Source: a virus
IMG/VR virus record: IMGVR_UViG_3300029309_000010
Coordinates: 1-64,000 of that record
Length of the DNA: 64,000 bases
Direction: 5' to 3' (one strand)
Shown here in pieces: positions 51,514 through 60,713 of the stretch; position 1 is the stretch's first letter, and every line of letters starts with the position of its first letter. The translations under genes were made by a program, and so were the position numbers. Under the pieces are notes generated by a model. That model saw nothing but the letters and a program-made list of their open reading frames with translations. It searched no databases and was not told where the DNA came from.

Positions 51514-53469
51514 TTACACAGAAATTTGAGTTGAATGATATAAAATTGCAGAAGATAGATCATCTAGTTGATGTTGACACCCTAGCTCAAGAACTTTGGA
51601 GTGAACTCCAAGCTCAGTAATTTTATCTAAATCACCTACAATCTCAGCTAAAGCTGGCTCCCATTCATCTTTTTCTTTTGCTATAACAATTGATTCACAA
51701 ACTTTTGTAACCATCTCTTTTTTCTGCTTGGACATTCTTTTAAGTCCAAACTTAGAAGCAAATTCTCTAAATGCTAAAAGCTCGAATTCACCTAGCATCT
51801 TGGTAGCCTCTACAATATTTTTCTTAGAGTAGGATGAGTTAGAGACTCCTATTGGCCTACCACCAGATGGCGATACAGGCTGATCTTGTTTTGGCTCTGG
51901 CGCATCATCATTTGCTTCGTTATAAAGGTTGATAGTATTAACTAAGGGCATGTAATGACCTTTTTCTCTATCATCTACAAATTTTGTTTGTGCTGCATCC
52001 ATGTCCTTAGACTCTGGGAACACGCCTGTATGAACGACCTGCATACCTTGCTCTGGAGTCAACACACCAAGCTCCATGAGCCTTGTGGCGAGCTTAGAAA
52101 GGTTGTTGTCATCCATTGTGTCAGTTTTAGCAAACCTAGCTTCAGGAAAGTTTCTAAGGCCAGCAGCCTTACAAACTCTTCTTATCTCTGGATTGATAAA
52201 ATCATTTAAGAACGCTCTACGAGATTCTTCTAAACGCTGAAAGAAAACTTTCATTTTAATTTGCGTATCAGAATATTTAGAGTCTCCAATAAGAACATTC
52301 TGCAAGCCCTCTTCGATATCTTTGTTAATTACAGCATACTTTTCAGGTCCAACAACCTTACGGATATCTGGAATGATAAAATCAGCTTTTGTTGTATAGT
52401 CAGATACAAGAACTCGACCCACACTTTGATTTTTAAATATTTGCTGCATTGCTGCCAAGTTCCTGTGGTTTACCCCACCCTTGTCTGGTTCGTTGCCCAT
52501 AGTCACAAGCAACACAACATTTTCAATGGATCTGCTAATAGCCTGATCAATATTTTTAAGCTCTATCTTTCTGTTAAGGTCATCAAGGACAGAGTATCCA
52601 ACTGGTATTGCTAAAGGCTCATAGTCTTGTTTCTTAGAGAATATTACATGAAGTAACTGTGGATCTAATTTTATTTGAATCCTAGTCATAGAATAGGAGT
52701 TCTTACCTGATTGTAGGGCCACTTGAATGTCTGGAGGCAATGACTCAAACATTTCTTGTTCATGCTCTGTCTCTGGCTTCTGTAGCCTAGAAATCTCAAA
52801 TGGAGTTAAGACCTTGAAATACTCATAACCACTAAACGATACAGACCCTTTTGTAGCAATGTCGGTGGGATTAATCAGTAGGTATCTGATTGGTATTTCT
52901 TTTCTGACACTAGCCCCGTAAGCCTCTAACATTTTTTGTGAGTTCTTCAGTGGGATCTTCCCGTCCATCCTGTAAAAGAAAACATTGCCAGACCTGTAAT
53001 ACTCTCTAAAGTATTGTTCTTTTAAGTTGTGTATTCTGATTCTTTTGAACCAAGCATCAATAAACCTTCTTGATTTGTCATTACCGCCCTCAAGATAAAT
53101 TTCAGAATCTGCGAACTCAGAGAGAAGATCTACAGTCCCTCTAAAAGATGAAATATTAAAGTAAGCTTTCTGACAAAGTTCTACCGCTTCTTTAGCATCG
53201 GCAGAATCTTTTTCATAATTAAACGGCAGGATTCCATTTTTAATATTTTCAAACTTATTCCCTAACCCATTAACTGCTACAGAGTTTGTTCTTGCTTGAG
53301 TCCTAGATGTAGGCCCATCTAATCTTGAAGCTTTGCTAGAGCTAAATATAGGCTCACCTATGAGTTCTGGGATGAATTCATCCTCTTGATTTAAAAGTCC
53401 TTCAATTGGAGATTCTTTCTTGTTGAACTTTTCCCAGTATTCTGATCTTTTGGTATATTTGCGAGCCAT
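51514..53469 (-). CDS. Portal protein
   Basis: Downstream of the terminase; EYYRSGNVF; start likely ATG 53469 (MARKY), after a GTGTAA motif. Confidence 0.8.
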   Translation of the reverse strand: MARKYTKRSEYWEKFNKKESPIEGLLNQEDEFIPELIGEPIFSSSKASRLDGPTSRTQARTNSVAVNGLGNKFENIKNGILPFNYEKDSADAKEAVELCQKAYFNISSFRGTVDLLSEFADSEIYLEGGNDKSRRFIDAWFKRIRIHNLKEQYFREYYRSGNVFFYRMDGKIPLKNSQKMLEAYGASVRKEIPIRYLLINPTDIATKGSVSFSGYEYFKVLTPFEISRLQKPETEHEQEMFESLPPDIQVALQSGKNSYSMTRIQIKLDPQLLHVIFSKKQDYEPLAIPVGYSVLDDLNRKIELKNIDQAISRSIENVVLLVTMGNEPDKGGVNHRNLAAMQQIFKNQSVGRVLVSDYTTKADFIIPDIRKVVGPEKYAVINKDIEEGLQNVLIGDSKYSDTQIKMKVFFQRLEESRRAFLNDFINPEIRRVCKAAGLRNFPEARFAKTDTMDDNNLSKLATRLMELGVLTPEQGMQVVHTGVFPESKDMDAAQTKFVDDREKGHYMPLVNTINLYNEANDDAPEPKQDQPVSPSGGRPIGVSNSSYSKKNIVEATKMLGEFELLAFREFASKFGLKRMSKQKKEMVTKVCESIVIAKEKDEWEPALAEIVGDLDKITELGVHSKVLELGCQHQLDDLSSAILYHSTQISV

Positions 53470-53512
53470 ATCAAAGTTTACACTAAAGTTATAAAAGTAA
53501 CTTTTAAACTTT

Positions 53513-55405
53513 TCAAATCGCAAATGGAATAAATGTTCCTTGAGGTTTTTCTTCTACCGAGGCGTTTTCTGAATCAAAAAATACTTTCGCATACCAATTG
53601 CCTAAAACCAAAGCAGAATAAGAGTCTTTTCTAGCTCTATTAGGCCCTTTCTGTCTTCTGAGATTTTGAGGCAAGTTAAATGACTGAGACCCCTGTGGGT
53701 TAGCTATGACTTCAATGTTGGCACATTCTGACTTTGTAAGTTCAACAACATACTTTTGATGGTCAAGCAGGTCTATCATCATTGCACCTTTAGAAGCTTT
53801 GGGCGCTTTTATGTCCCATTTTAATTTATCAATAGGTATATTCTTTTTTCTCTGCTCATCAAAGTGAGAGTCTATCGCTCTAGAGGCAAATAATATTCTT
53901 CTATGGTCTATCGCTGCTTGTAACATCTCATTAGCGTTTCTAATCCAGTTGGATGTAGGTTTTCTGAGTATGCAGTAATTTTTTTCTCTTACGTTATATT
54001 GATTCTTAAATGAGATAACATCTGAGTTCCAGTTTTCTGGTTTTTCTAAATCAGCCTCTATAACCCCTATCTTAACACTTTTGGATTTAAATAGTGCGCT
54101 TTCGTTACAGGAGTTTATAAACTGGACTCCTCCATTATAGTCACCGCATATACCAACAATATTAAAATGTTCTATTAGATATAGGAAATACTCCATGTGG
54201 TGCTTTAGAGAAACACCAGCTATAGCATAGCTGTGAACTAAGCAGATCTTTTGAGTGTCTCTGTCTAACTTGAAAACGTGCATCGCAAAATGATCAGCAC
54301 TTGTGTTACCCGCCCAGTTGGGGTCAAACGATAACAAATATTCATCACTAGGATTACCCACCACCTCCACTGCTGGAAGTTCCCCATCAGGTATCGTGCA
54401 AGCCGCCATCTTTGATAATCTAAAGTAGCCATCACTTTCATCAATAAATTGTGCTCCAAACTCACGCTTGAACTGCATCTCGCTCATTGTAGCCTTCGCC
54501 TGTTTAAGCAGGTTTTGATCATACAATCTTGGCGGGGCGCAGTCGTAACTAAGCTGCATTATTAGTCTATAAGCATCATCTTTAAATGAGTCCTCCTCTT
54601 CACCTTCTTTTACAGATAATCCATGAATTAAGTCCTCATATTTTTTATATAACTTATACATATACTCAAACTTAAATGATGGAGATGAAAGAATTATTAA
54701 CTTGTTGTTAGGCCAAATATACCGATCATCTTCTGTCATCTCGCCTTTGTCGATTAATTTGGATTCTAAATTATACAACTCTTCCCTTTCGATAGGATTC
54801 TCTACCACACCAAGGAAAGGTATGATAACTTCATTGAAAATCTTTTCAGGGATTGTCAAAAACTCATCCAAGACAATTCTGTTGAATCGAAATCCACGCA
54901 ACCTCTCACCGTTAGCTAACGGCAGAGCTATCGCTCTAGCTTTGCCTAAAGTTAATGTCCATTGGTCAGTTCCCTTCTGTATTTTAAATCCACACTCTTT
55001 AATTAGGCTGGCTTCGGGTTTGCTAACAATATCCTCCATCTTTTGGAAGATTTGCTTTGATTGCCTAAAGCTACCTGCAATAACACCTATATTTGAATTA
55101 GGATTGAGTAGACACTCCAGTAGGACATAGATCGCGGTAGAGAACGTCTTAGACATACCACGCGAGAAAACGAACATGGAATAGTCTGACACCATCATGC
55201 CCTTGATAGCCATCGCTTGAAATGGGAATAGCTTAACTCCTAAGAATAGCTCAGAAGTAAATGCTATGTTGTTGCGTAAGAATTTGTATAGCAAATACTT
55301 CGCTTCTTCTTCTTTGATACCGCCATCAATCTCTTTTAGAAAATTGTTAAGCTCTTGAGAAGAATGCTCAAGACGATATCCTTGTTTTCCTTTTGTCCAA
55401 GACAT
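53513..55405 (-). CDS. terL: Terminase large subunit
   Basis: LFPFQ, Walker A SRGMSKT, LRG.R, Walker B IVLDE, nuclease SFDP, KDSYSA. Confidence 0.92.
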   Translation of the reverse strand: MSWTKGKQGYRLEHSSQELNNFLKEIDGGIKEEEAKYLLYKFLRNNIAFTSELFLGVKLFPFQAMAIKGMMVSDYSMFVFSRGMSKTFSTAIYVLLECLLNPNSNIGVIAGSFRQSKQIFQKMEDIVSKPEASLIKECGFKIQKGTDQWTLTLGKARAIALPLANGERLRGFRFNRIVLDEFLTIPEKIFNEVIIPFLGVVENPIEREELYNLESKLIDKGEMTEDDRYIWPNNKLIILSSPSFKFEYMYKLYKKYEDLIHGLSVKEGEEEDSFKDDAYRLIMQLSYDCAPPRLYDQNLLKQAKATMSEMQFKREFGAQFIDESDGYFRLSKMAACTIPDGELPAVEVVGNPSDEYLLSFDPNWAGNTSADHFAMHVFKLDRDTQKICLVHSYAIAGVSLKHHMEYFLYLIEHFNIVGICGDYNGGVQFINSCNESALFKSKSVKIGVIEADLEKPENWNSDVISFKNQYNVREKNYCILRKPTSNWIRNANEMLQAAIDHRRILFASRAIDSHFDEQRKKNIPIDKLKWDIKAPKASKGAMMIDLLDHQKYVVELTKSECANIEVIANPQGSQSFNLPQNLRRQKGPNRARKDSYSALVLGNWYAKVFFDSENASVEEKPQGTFIPFAI

Positions 55406-56318
55406 TTATTCTATCGTTTATAAAAAATTGTAAATCAACATCCCATAGCTTATCGCCATGATATAAGATTCGCGGTATAATCTTCTTCGCGCCCGATCTA
55501 TTGTGCGCAAATATGATTTGTATGTTTTTGGGGTAGTCTATAATTAAGCTTCTTATGTTGTGCCATAGATAACCAAGATTAGACTTAAACTTGGAAGTCT
55601 TATTGTCTGTTTCTAGTTTGTCTATGGTTGTTTCTGCTACAACAAACATATATGACCCAAATTGAACACAACGATCCATCTCTCTCCTAAACCTCTCGAT
55701 GTCCTTGCCAAAGGTTTGCCTAAAGTCATCCTGTGACTTGCGGTCAACAAATGTTTTTGTATATAGGTCACCTCTGGCTGTATAATCGCCAAAGTCTAAC
55801 TTATTGGTAACAGAGTCCTTAAACTTGAGGGGAGCCTTCTCTCTAGTGTCTGTAAACAGAGGAATGGTAGAATAATCATACTTCCAGAAATCTTTTGGTA
55901 GATTTGACTTAAAGTAATTCTCTACTCCAATGTCATCCAAGAAACTAGAATAAGAACCCCAAATCTTCTTGTAGTCTGCTATGTTAGCCATATTGCACAA
56001 ATCATAATAAAGGTTCGGGGGCGATACCTTTATTTCTTTTAGCTCAAACTTTTCTTGCGCTTTCGCTTGTATGTATGTTTTGACATCCTCTCTTGGAGAC
56101 TCGTCAATCCAGAGCTTAAAATTACGGTGACTATTAAAGTCATCCCTAAAATACCTATCATAAGATTTGAAAGCAAGTTTTTCACCAGTGTATAAATCCT
56201 CCTTGTTATAATGCTTAACATAGTAATCACCTATGGTAAGCGTGTGAGCTTTTAGGTGCGCGTGGAAACTACGCTTGTTATCAAACTGTTTACCACATTC
56301 TAAACAAGTAAACTCCAT
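55368..56318 (-). CDS. C2H2 zinc-finger + ERCC4-like nuclease
   Basis: CLECGKQFDNKRSFHAHLKAH; DTREK, GDY, DRKS..DF. Confidence 0.75.
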   Translation of the reverse strand: MEFTCLECGKQFDNKRSFHAHLKAHTLTIGDYYVKHYNKEDLYTGEKLAFKSYDRYFRDDFNSHRNFKLWIDESPREDVKTYIQAKAQEKFELKEIKVSPPNLYYDLCNMANIADYKKIWGSYSSFLDDIGVENYFKSNLPKDFWKYDYSTIPLFTDTREKAPLKFKDSVTNKLDFGDYTARGDLYTKTFVDRKSQDDFRQTFGKDIERFRREMDRCVQFGSYMFVVAETTIDKLETDNKTSKFKSNLGYLWHNIRSLIIDYPKNIQIIFAHNRSGAKKIIPRILYHGDKLWDVDLQFFINDRINVLDKRKTRISS

Positions 56319-57379
56319 TACAGCATCTCCTTTTTAGATATTCCCAAAATACGAGCTTTGTATTCGTCCATAGACTCAAGACGGTCAGCTTCTTCCTCGA
56401 TCAGCTTGTTCTGCATCTCTGCCATCATAATCATGCGATCACGCTCTTCCTTCTCTTGGAATGCTTCAACTAACGCAGCGATACTCCCGTTCTGCTCTCC
56501 TCTTGCCTTTAAACGCGCCTGACGGCTTCCGTTGAGGTCTTTAGTCAAAGATTCGATTCTCTTCTCACATTGGTTCAGCTCCTCACTGGTGACCTTTATA
56601 AGCTCAGTAAGACGCAATGTCATATCACGCTCATTATCAGTGTCGTTGAGCATTGTGTTCAGTCTGTCTATTCTTTGTTGAATATGTTTCTGTCTAACAT
56701 AGTTTGTGCAGACAGTAATATACAAATTTAACTCATCATTAGTCAAATCAGGCTTATCCCAGATTGTTCTGACAAATTCACTCTCAAATAAGTCTCTGTC
56801 AGCTATTATTGAGTATTGATTTATAAAATGCACGAACCTCGGACTCTTCAGGTAGAAGAGCAACTTCTCACACATCTTTTTTTGTTTTGTTTGTATTGTT
56901 ATTTCATCGAAGGTTTGACCAGCCCAGTCATTTACCTTCTTAATAGCTCTAGAAAGCGATTTGGGAGGCGACCACTTGTCGTTGGTTATCATCTCATTGT
57001 CATCGACTATCTCGGGTCTGTATCGACGTAGGAACTCCATTACGGTCCTATGCTGTTGAGTAAGAGGTTGTATATCTCTGTCTTTAAATGTTAGCCTCGT
57101 AATCTCTAGAGCATTCATGCCTCGCTCTACGTTGTTACCCATCAAAAATTGTTTCTGTTCGGGTGTTAGATCAATTTCTTCGACTCTAGCTACTAAAGTA
57201 GTAGTAAAATCTAAATTATTTTTAATTAAAAACGCTCTAACAGCTCTTCCTTCTTTAGATCTGCCGTCTAACGACGAATTTTTAAACACAGTTTGCGTAA
57301 TGTGCTTCAAATCTGGATTTTTATCGAACTCATCGGCGATTTGCTCCTTCTGATCCTCTGTTAACTCAAAATCACTCAT
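56318..57379 (-). CDS. Coiled-coil protein, candidate terminase small subunit
   Basis: Upstream of terL; helical; position-based call. Confidence 0.45.
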   Translation of the reverse strand: MSDFELTEDQKEQIADEFDKNPDLKHITQTVFKNSSLDGRSKEGRAVRAFLIKNNLDFTTTLVARVEEIDLTPEQKQFLMGNNVERGMNALEITRLTFKDRDIQPLTQQHRTVMEFLRRYRPEIVDDNEMITNDKWSPPKSLSRAIKKVNDWAGQTFDEITIQTKQKKMCEKLLFYLKSPRFVHFINQYSIIADRDLFESEFVRTIWDKPDLTNDELNLYITVCTNYVRQKHIQQRIDRLNTMLNDTDNERDMTLRLTELIKVTSEELNQCEKRIESLTKDLNGSRQARLKARGEQNGSIAALVEAFQEKEERDRMIMMAEMQNKLIEEEADRLESMDEYKARILGISKKEML

Positions 57380-58056
57380 AATATATCGTTATCCTTCATT
57401 ATCTTAAGGGCGATTATATAAAATTTCTTTTTTAAATTCGCCATTTGTTTATATCTTGGTTTTTTTCTCTTGGAAGAGTCGGCTTTGAACCCAAATTTCT
57501 TTGCAACATCATTCTCATCAATGTTTTCGATGTATAACATAAAATATATCTTCTTGTGCTTTTCACTTAACTGATCCATAACAAGATTATGCAACTTCAT
57601 CGAAGAACCCTTATAATCTACAAAATCCTTTATTGTAGCAGTCCCCGTCGATACTCCTTCCTCTAAAGCAAGTGGTAACTTCAAATTGTAAGCTTTTTCT
57701 TTTTTCTTCTTCCACTTAGCGAATTCTGCACAAGTTTCATCTTGTTCCTCACTTTTTGTATAATCACAAAATGTTGCCCCCATATTATGAGGACATCTCA
57801 AACAAGGCTTGGCGAAACTAGAATAATTATTACGAATCAGATTCTTTATCTGATTTGATATAATCATCGAAGCCCAAGGCTTGAATGGTCGAGACTGATC
57901 CCAAAGGTGCCACTTCTTAAATATATGTAAGCGTATTATTTGACAGACATCATCATAGTCCATCCACGCCAAGGCGCTTAATTGCCACTTAGGTCTATAT
58001 TTTTTTAGAAGTTCTTCTAGATCATCACGTTGACTGTCAAAATTATGACTCATCAA
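57376..58056 (-). CDS. Second sigma-like factor with Cys-rich insert
   Basis: DDVCQ...WD.SRPFKPW....NQIKN.IR (region 2); CLRC..C..C; C-terminal HTH (ENDVAKKFG). Confidence 0.7.
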   Translation of the reverse strand: MMSHNFDSQRDDLEELLKKYRPKWQLSALAWMDYDDVCQIIRLHIFKKWHLWDQSRPFKPWASMIISNQIKNLIRNNYSSFAKPCLRCPHNMGATFCDYTKSEEQDETCAEFAKWKKKKEKAYNLKLPLALEEGVSTGTATIKDFVDYKGSSMKLHNLVMDQLSEKHKKIYFMLYIENIDENDVAKKFGFKADSSKRKKPRYKQMANLKKKFYIIALKIMKDNDIL

Positions 58057-58408
58057 TATCTCTCATACGAGATGAGGCACAATCCTGAATAGTTTTGTCT
58101 AACAGAGCTTGACCATCTGGATCTTTAGATGCTGGTCGCTTATAATCACCTCTAGGCATATTTGCCTCTGAAGAAGTAACGGAACTCCAAAGTTGTCCTA
58201 AATTAGTTTTCTGAGTGGACACTTCTGCCACAATCCCCCTCTTCAACTTATTTAAATCTAAATCCAACTCATTTTCCTCTTCAGGCTCTTGTTTTTTGGA
58301 AGAGGTCGATAATGAAGCTATGCCTTGCCCACAACTTGAGCAAAATTTTGGCTTCGTGACCTCATACAAGATTTTAAATCCACATGATACACAAAAAAGT
58401 TTGTTCAT
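58043..58408 (-). CDS. Zinc-ribbon protein
   Basis: CVSCG...PKFCSSCG. Confidence 0.7.
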   Translation of the reverse strand: MNKLFCVSCGFKILYEVTKPKFCSSCGQGIASLSTSSKKQEPEEENELDLDLNKLKRGIVAEVSTQKTNLGQLWSSVTSSEANMPRGDYKRPASKDPDGQALLDKTIQDCASSRMRDIDES

Positions 58409-58419
58409 GGCTAATTTTA

Positions 58420-59097
58420 TTAATATATATCGCTTTTTTCAATTTTATCTACTAAGTAGCTTATGATCTTATCTCTCATAACGTCATCCTTAGTAAACTT
58501 AAGATGATGAATGCCATATGAACGGCTTTCCTCATCATCGAACACCTTGCAGAATTTACTGAACCCAGTAGAGTATATATCACTCTGCATTGTATCCCCG
58601 CATACAAACAACGTAGTATTCGTGCTGATTCGCGTTAATACTGTTGTTAGTTCTTTTACTGTCATATTTTGCGCCTCATCAACTATAACAACCTTGTTCT
58701 TCCAAGTCGCACCCCTTAGAAAGTTAATCGGGGCCGCATCTACCGCATCCCGCTGGTCTAATTGATGTCTCTCATGGTCACTTAAAAGTTCACTCAACTT
58801 ATCTTCCAACGGACCAATATAAGGATTAAATTTATCATCCATGCTTCCTTTCAGAAAACCCATCCCCTTCTCCGCACTCTCAGCCAAACTCCTTAAATAT
58901 AGGATCTTAAGCAGAGTGTCCTGATTGTGTTTATATATTGCTGTATACACTGACAAAAATGTCTTAGCCGTCCCAGCTGGTCCACTAATAAATACTACCC
59001 GCGTATCGGGGTTCCTCATGATCTTATGGAATTGACTCTGTTTTTCTGTAAGTTCTATATGACCTAACAAAAAAGAGTTTTTATATTTATATGACAT
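58420..59097 (-). CDS. phoH: PhoH-like ATPase
   Basis: GPAGTAKT, FLRG.T, DEAQN, GD..QSD. Confidence 0.92.
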   Translation of the reverse strand: MSYKYKNSFLLGHIELTEKQSQFHKIMRNPDTRVVFISGPAGTAKTFLSVYTAIYKHNQDTLLKILYLRSLAESAEKGMGFLKGSMDDKFNPYIGPLEDKLSELLSDHERHQLDQRDAVDAAPINFLRGATWKNKVVIVDEAQNMTVKELTTVLTRISTNTTLFVCGDTMQSDIYSTGFSKFCKVFDDEESRSYGIHHLKFTKDDVMRDKIISYLVDKIEKSDIY

Positions 59098-59256
59098 ATA
59101 TGTTCTTTTTTACACGAATAACTGAATGGGTGCCTACTTGTTTATAGAATTCGCCACCCCCCTGCGCGTTGCGCGTCAAGTCAAAAAGTCAATATTCTAA
59201 AAAAACCCTACCCTGCCTGCCCTGCAAAAAAAAATCACTTTTTATGCGATTAGGGC

Positions 59257-59284
59257 TTGCGCTCAACAGGATCTGTAGTATAAT
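59257..59284 (+). promoter_or_regulatory. Early promoter (leaderless)
   Basis: TTGCGC-16-TATAAT-6 nt-ATG; A-tract upstream. Confidence 0.8.
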
Positions 59285-59290
59285 GCTCAC

Positions 59291-59557
59291 ATGACTAAGA
59301 CAAAGACCACCTACAGAACCACCATCGACTTCCTCAACGACTGCGACACAGTGATCTTCGAACACGAAGGTGTCGAGCACGAGGGAGAAGTCACCTTGCA
59401 CGATCCTGAGATCCACGAAGATGACTGCCCAGAGGGGCACGTTTACATTCTGTTTCCTGCCATCGCAGGACAAGAAGAGTATCCCTTCGGGATGCCAGTC
59501 CACGAGGACGACATAGTCGCTAAGATCGACGAGGACGGCGAGAGGATCGAGCTGTAG
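59291..59557 (+). CDS. Early hypothetical acidic protein
   Basis: Starts at the predicted +1; GC-rich codons. Confidence 0.75.
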   Translation: MTKTKTTYRTTIDFLNDCDTVIFEHEGVEHEGEVTLHDPEIHEDDCPEGHVYILFPAIAGQEEYPFGMPVHEDDIVAKIDEDGERIEL

Positions 59558-59592
59558 GCGCTAAAAAAAAAGAAAAAAAAGCGCGATTCCCC

Positions 59593-59620
59593 TTGCGCCC
59601 ACGCTAAAATCAGCTATAAT
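59593..59620 (+). promoter_or_regulatory. Early promoter (leaderless)
   Basis: TTGCGC-16-TATAAT-6 nt-ATG. Confidence 0.8.
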
Positions 59621-59626
59621 ATCCCC

Positions 59627-59875
59627 ATGACTCAGGAAGACATCATGACCCGCCCGACTGACAACTACTACGTGGTGACCGCTGCCTCACGCGCCGACTC
59701 TATGAGTCGCGTGCTGGTGGGTGGCACCGTGAACAAGCCGCTTGCCCTCGCTATCGGAGAGCAGCAGATCGCTGGGATGGTGAGCGGTTTCGCCTCCCGC
59801 GCCGAGGCACTTGAGACATACCCCGAGATGCGCGGCGACCTCATCCCTCGCCCTCTCCCTCTTCCTACCCTGTAA
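59627..59875 (+). CDS. Early hypothetical protein (FASRAEA motif)
   Basis: Promoter geometry; paralogous motif in 60439-60639. Confidence 0.75.
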   Translation: MTQEDIMTRPTDNYYVVTAASRADSMSRVLVGGTVNKPLALAIGEQQIAGMVSGFASRAEALETYPEMRGDLIPRPLPLPTL

Positions 59876-59893
59876 TCACTAACAAGTAATCAA

Positions 59894-60187
59894 ATGAAAC
59901 TCACATTCCAATACCTCAAACAGTTCACCATCACCGCCATCGTGTTCACTCAAGCCATCTCCCTCATCATACTTGGGTTGATCTGGTGGTTCAGTGGTTC
60001 AGCAGCAGCAGTCAACTACATCAAGACGCAATACGTGGGCGACTACATGAATCAGGAGGGCCTAGTTCTCTGGCTTACAGTGTTCGCGCTTCTTGGGTCG
60101 CTCTTCTGCGCCCCCATCGCTGCCTTTTTTCACTGGCGCTCTGATCTAGCCCCAATCCCTACCCACAAAAAAAAAGTGCGTGGCTAG
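59894..60187 (+). CDS. Small membrane protein (2 predicted TM helices)
   Basis: Two long hydrophobic stretches; basic C-terminus. Confidence 0.7.
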   Translation: MKLTFQYLKQFTITAIVFTQAISLIILGLIWWFSGSAAAVNYIKTQYVGDYMNQEGLVLWLTVFALLGSLFCAPIAAFFHWRSDLAPIPTHKKKVRG

Positions 60188-60289
60188 GTAAAAAAAATCT
60201 TGACATCCGTCTGTAGGGTGTCGCTGTCATGGGAGGCCCCGTTCCCCGCTTGGGGGGCGGGGCTAACCCGTTGCCTCAAGATCACAAGT

Positions 60290-60368
60290 CATAACTCGTT
60301 GACACTCAAGGACTTACGAGGGCGCGGCCCCCGCAAACTCGTAACTCGTTGACGCTCAGTCAGTTACG
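60290..60368. repeat. 79-bp double-palindrome element, copy 1
   Basis: CATAACTCGTTGACACTCAAGGACTTACG + 21-bp GC spacer + CGTAACTCGTTGACGCTCAGTCAGTTACG. Confidence 0.9.
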
Positions 60369-60404
60369 AGGGTAAAAAAAAGAAATAAAAAACGCATTTA
60401 GGGC

Positions 60405-60432
60405 TTGCGGTTAGGCGCAGCTGTGCTAGTAT
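60405..60432 (+). promoter_or_regulatory. Early promoter (leaderless)
   Basis: TTGCGG-16-TAGTAT-6 nt-ATG. Confidence 0.75.
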
Positions 60433-60438
60433 TCCCCC

Positions 60439-60639
60439 ATGACAGTAACTGAAACTACCCCTCGCCCCCGCCCGTTTTTCATGGTGATCCGCCCGAGCCG
60501 CGTTCACGCGGGCTTTTGCCTCCTCTGGTGTGGCGAGGACCGCCATGATGCCCCCTACGGCCACCCGATGGCTTTCGCTTCCCGCGCCGAGGCGGTCGAG
60601 GCGTATCCCGATTGGGAAGAGGAGATCATGACCTCCTAA
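60439..60639 (+). CDS. Early hypothetical protein (FASRAEA motif)
   Basis: Promoter geometry; stop codon lies inside repeat copy 2. Confidence 0.75.
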   Translation: MTVTETTPRPRPFFMVIRPSRVHAGFCLLWCGEDRHDAPYGHPMAFASRAEAVEAYPDWEEEIMTS

Positions 60640-60713
60640 GTCACTAAGCCTCAATGAGTTATGAGGCGCGGCCCCCCGCCGCCTCGTAACTCGTTGATAC
60701 TCAAAGAGTTATG
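60635..60713. repeat. 79-bp double-palindrome element, copy 2
   Basis: CCTAAGTCACTAAGCCTCAATGAGTTATG + 21 bp + CGTAACTCGTTGATACTCAAAGAGTTATG. Confidence 0.9.

Noticed and set aside
2731-55405. Inteins or introns in dnaE, dnaB, nrdA or terL
   Set aside because: Proteins are compact with no splice or homing-endonuclease motifs seen.
508-58765. Numerous opposite-strand or nested ORFs (e.g. 508-717, 43731-44126, 48150-48665, 50379-51023)
   Set aside because: They are shadows of well-supported genes and lack motifs or expression signals.
58420-59097. phoH, Hsp20 and RNR as novel auxiliary genes
   Set aside because: They are common in large aquatic phages.
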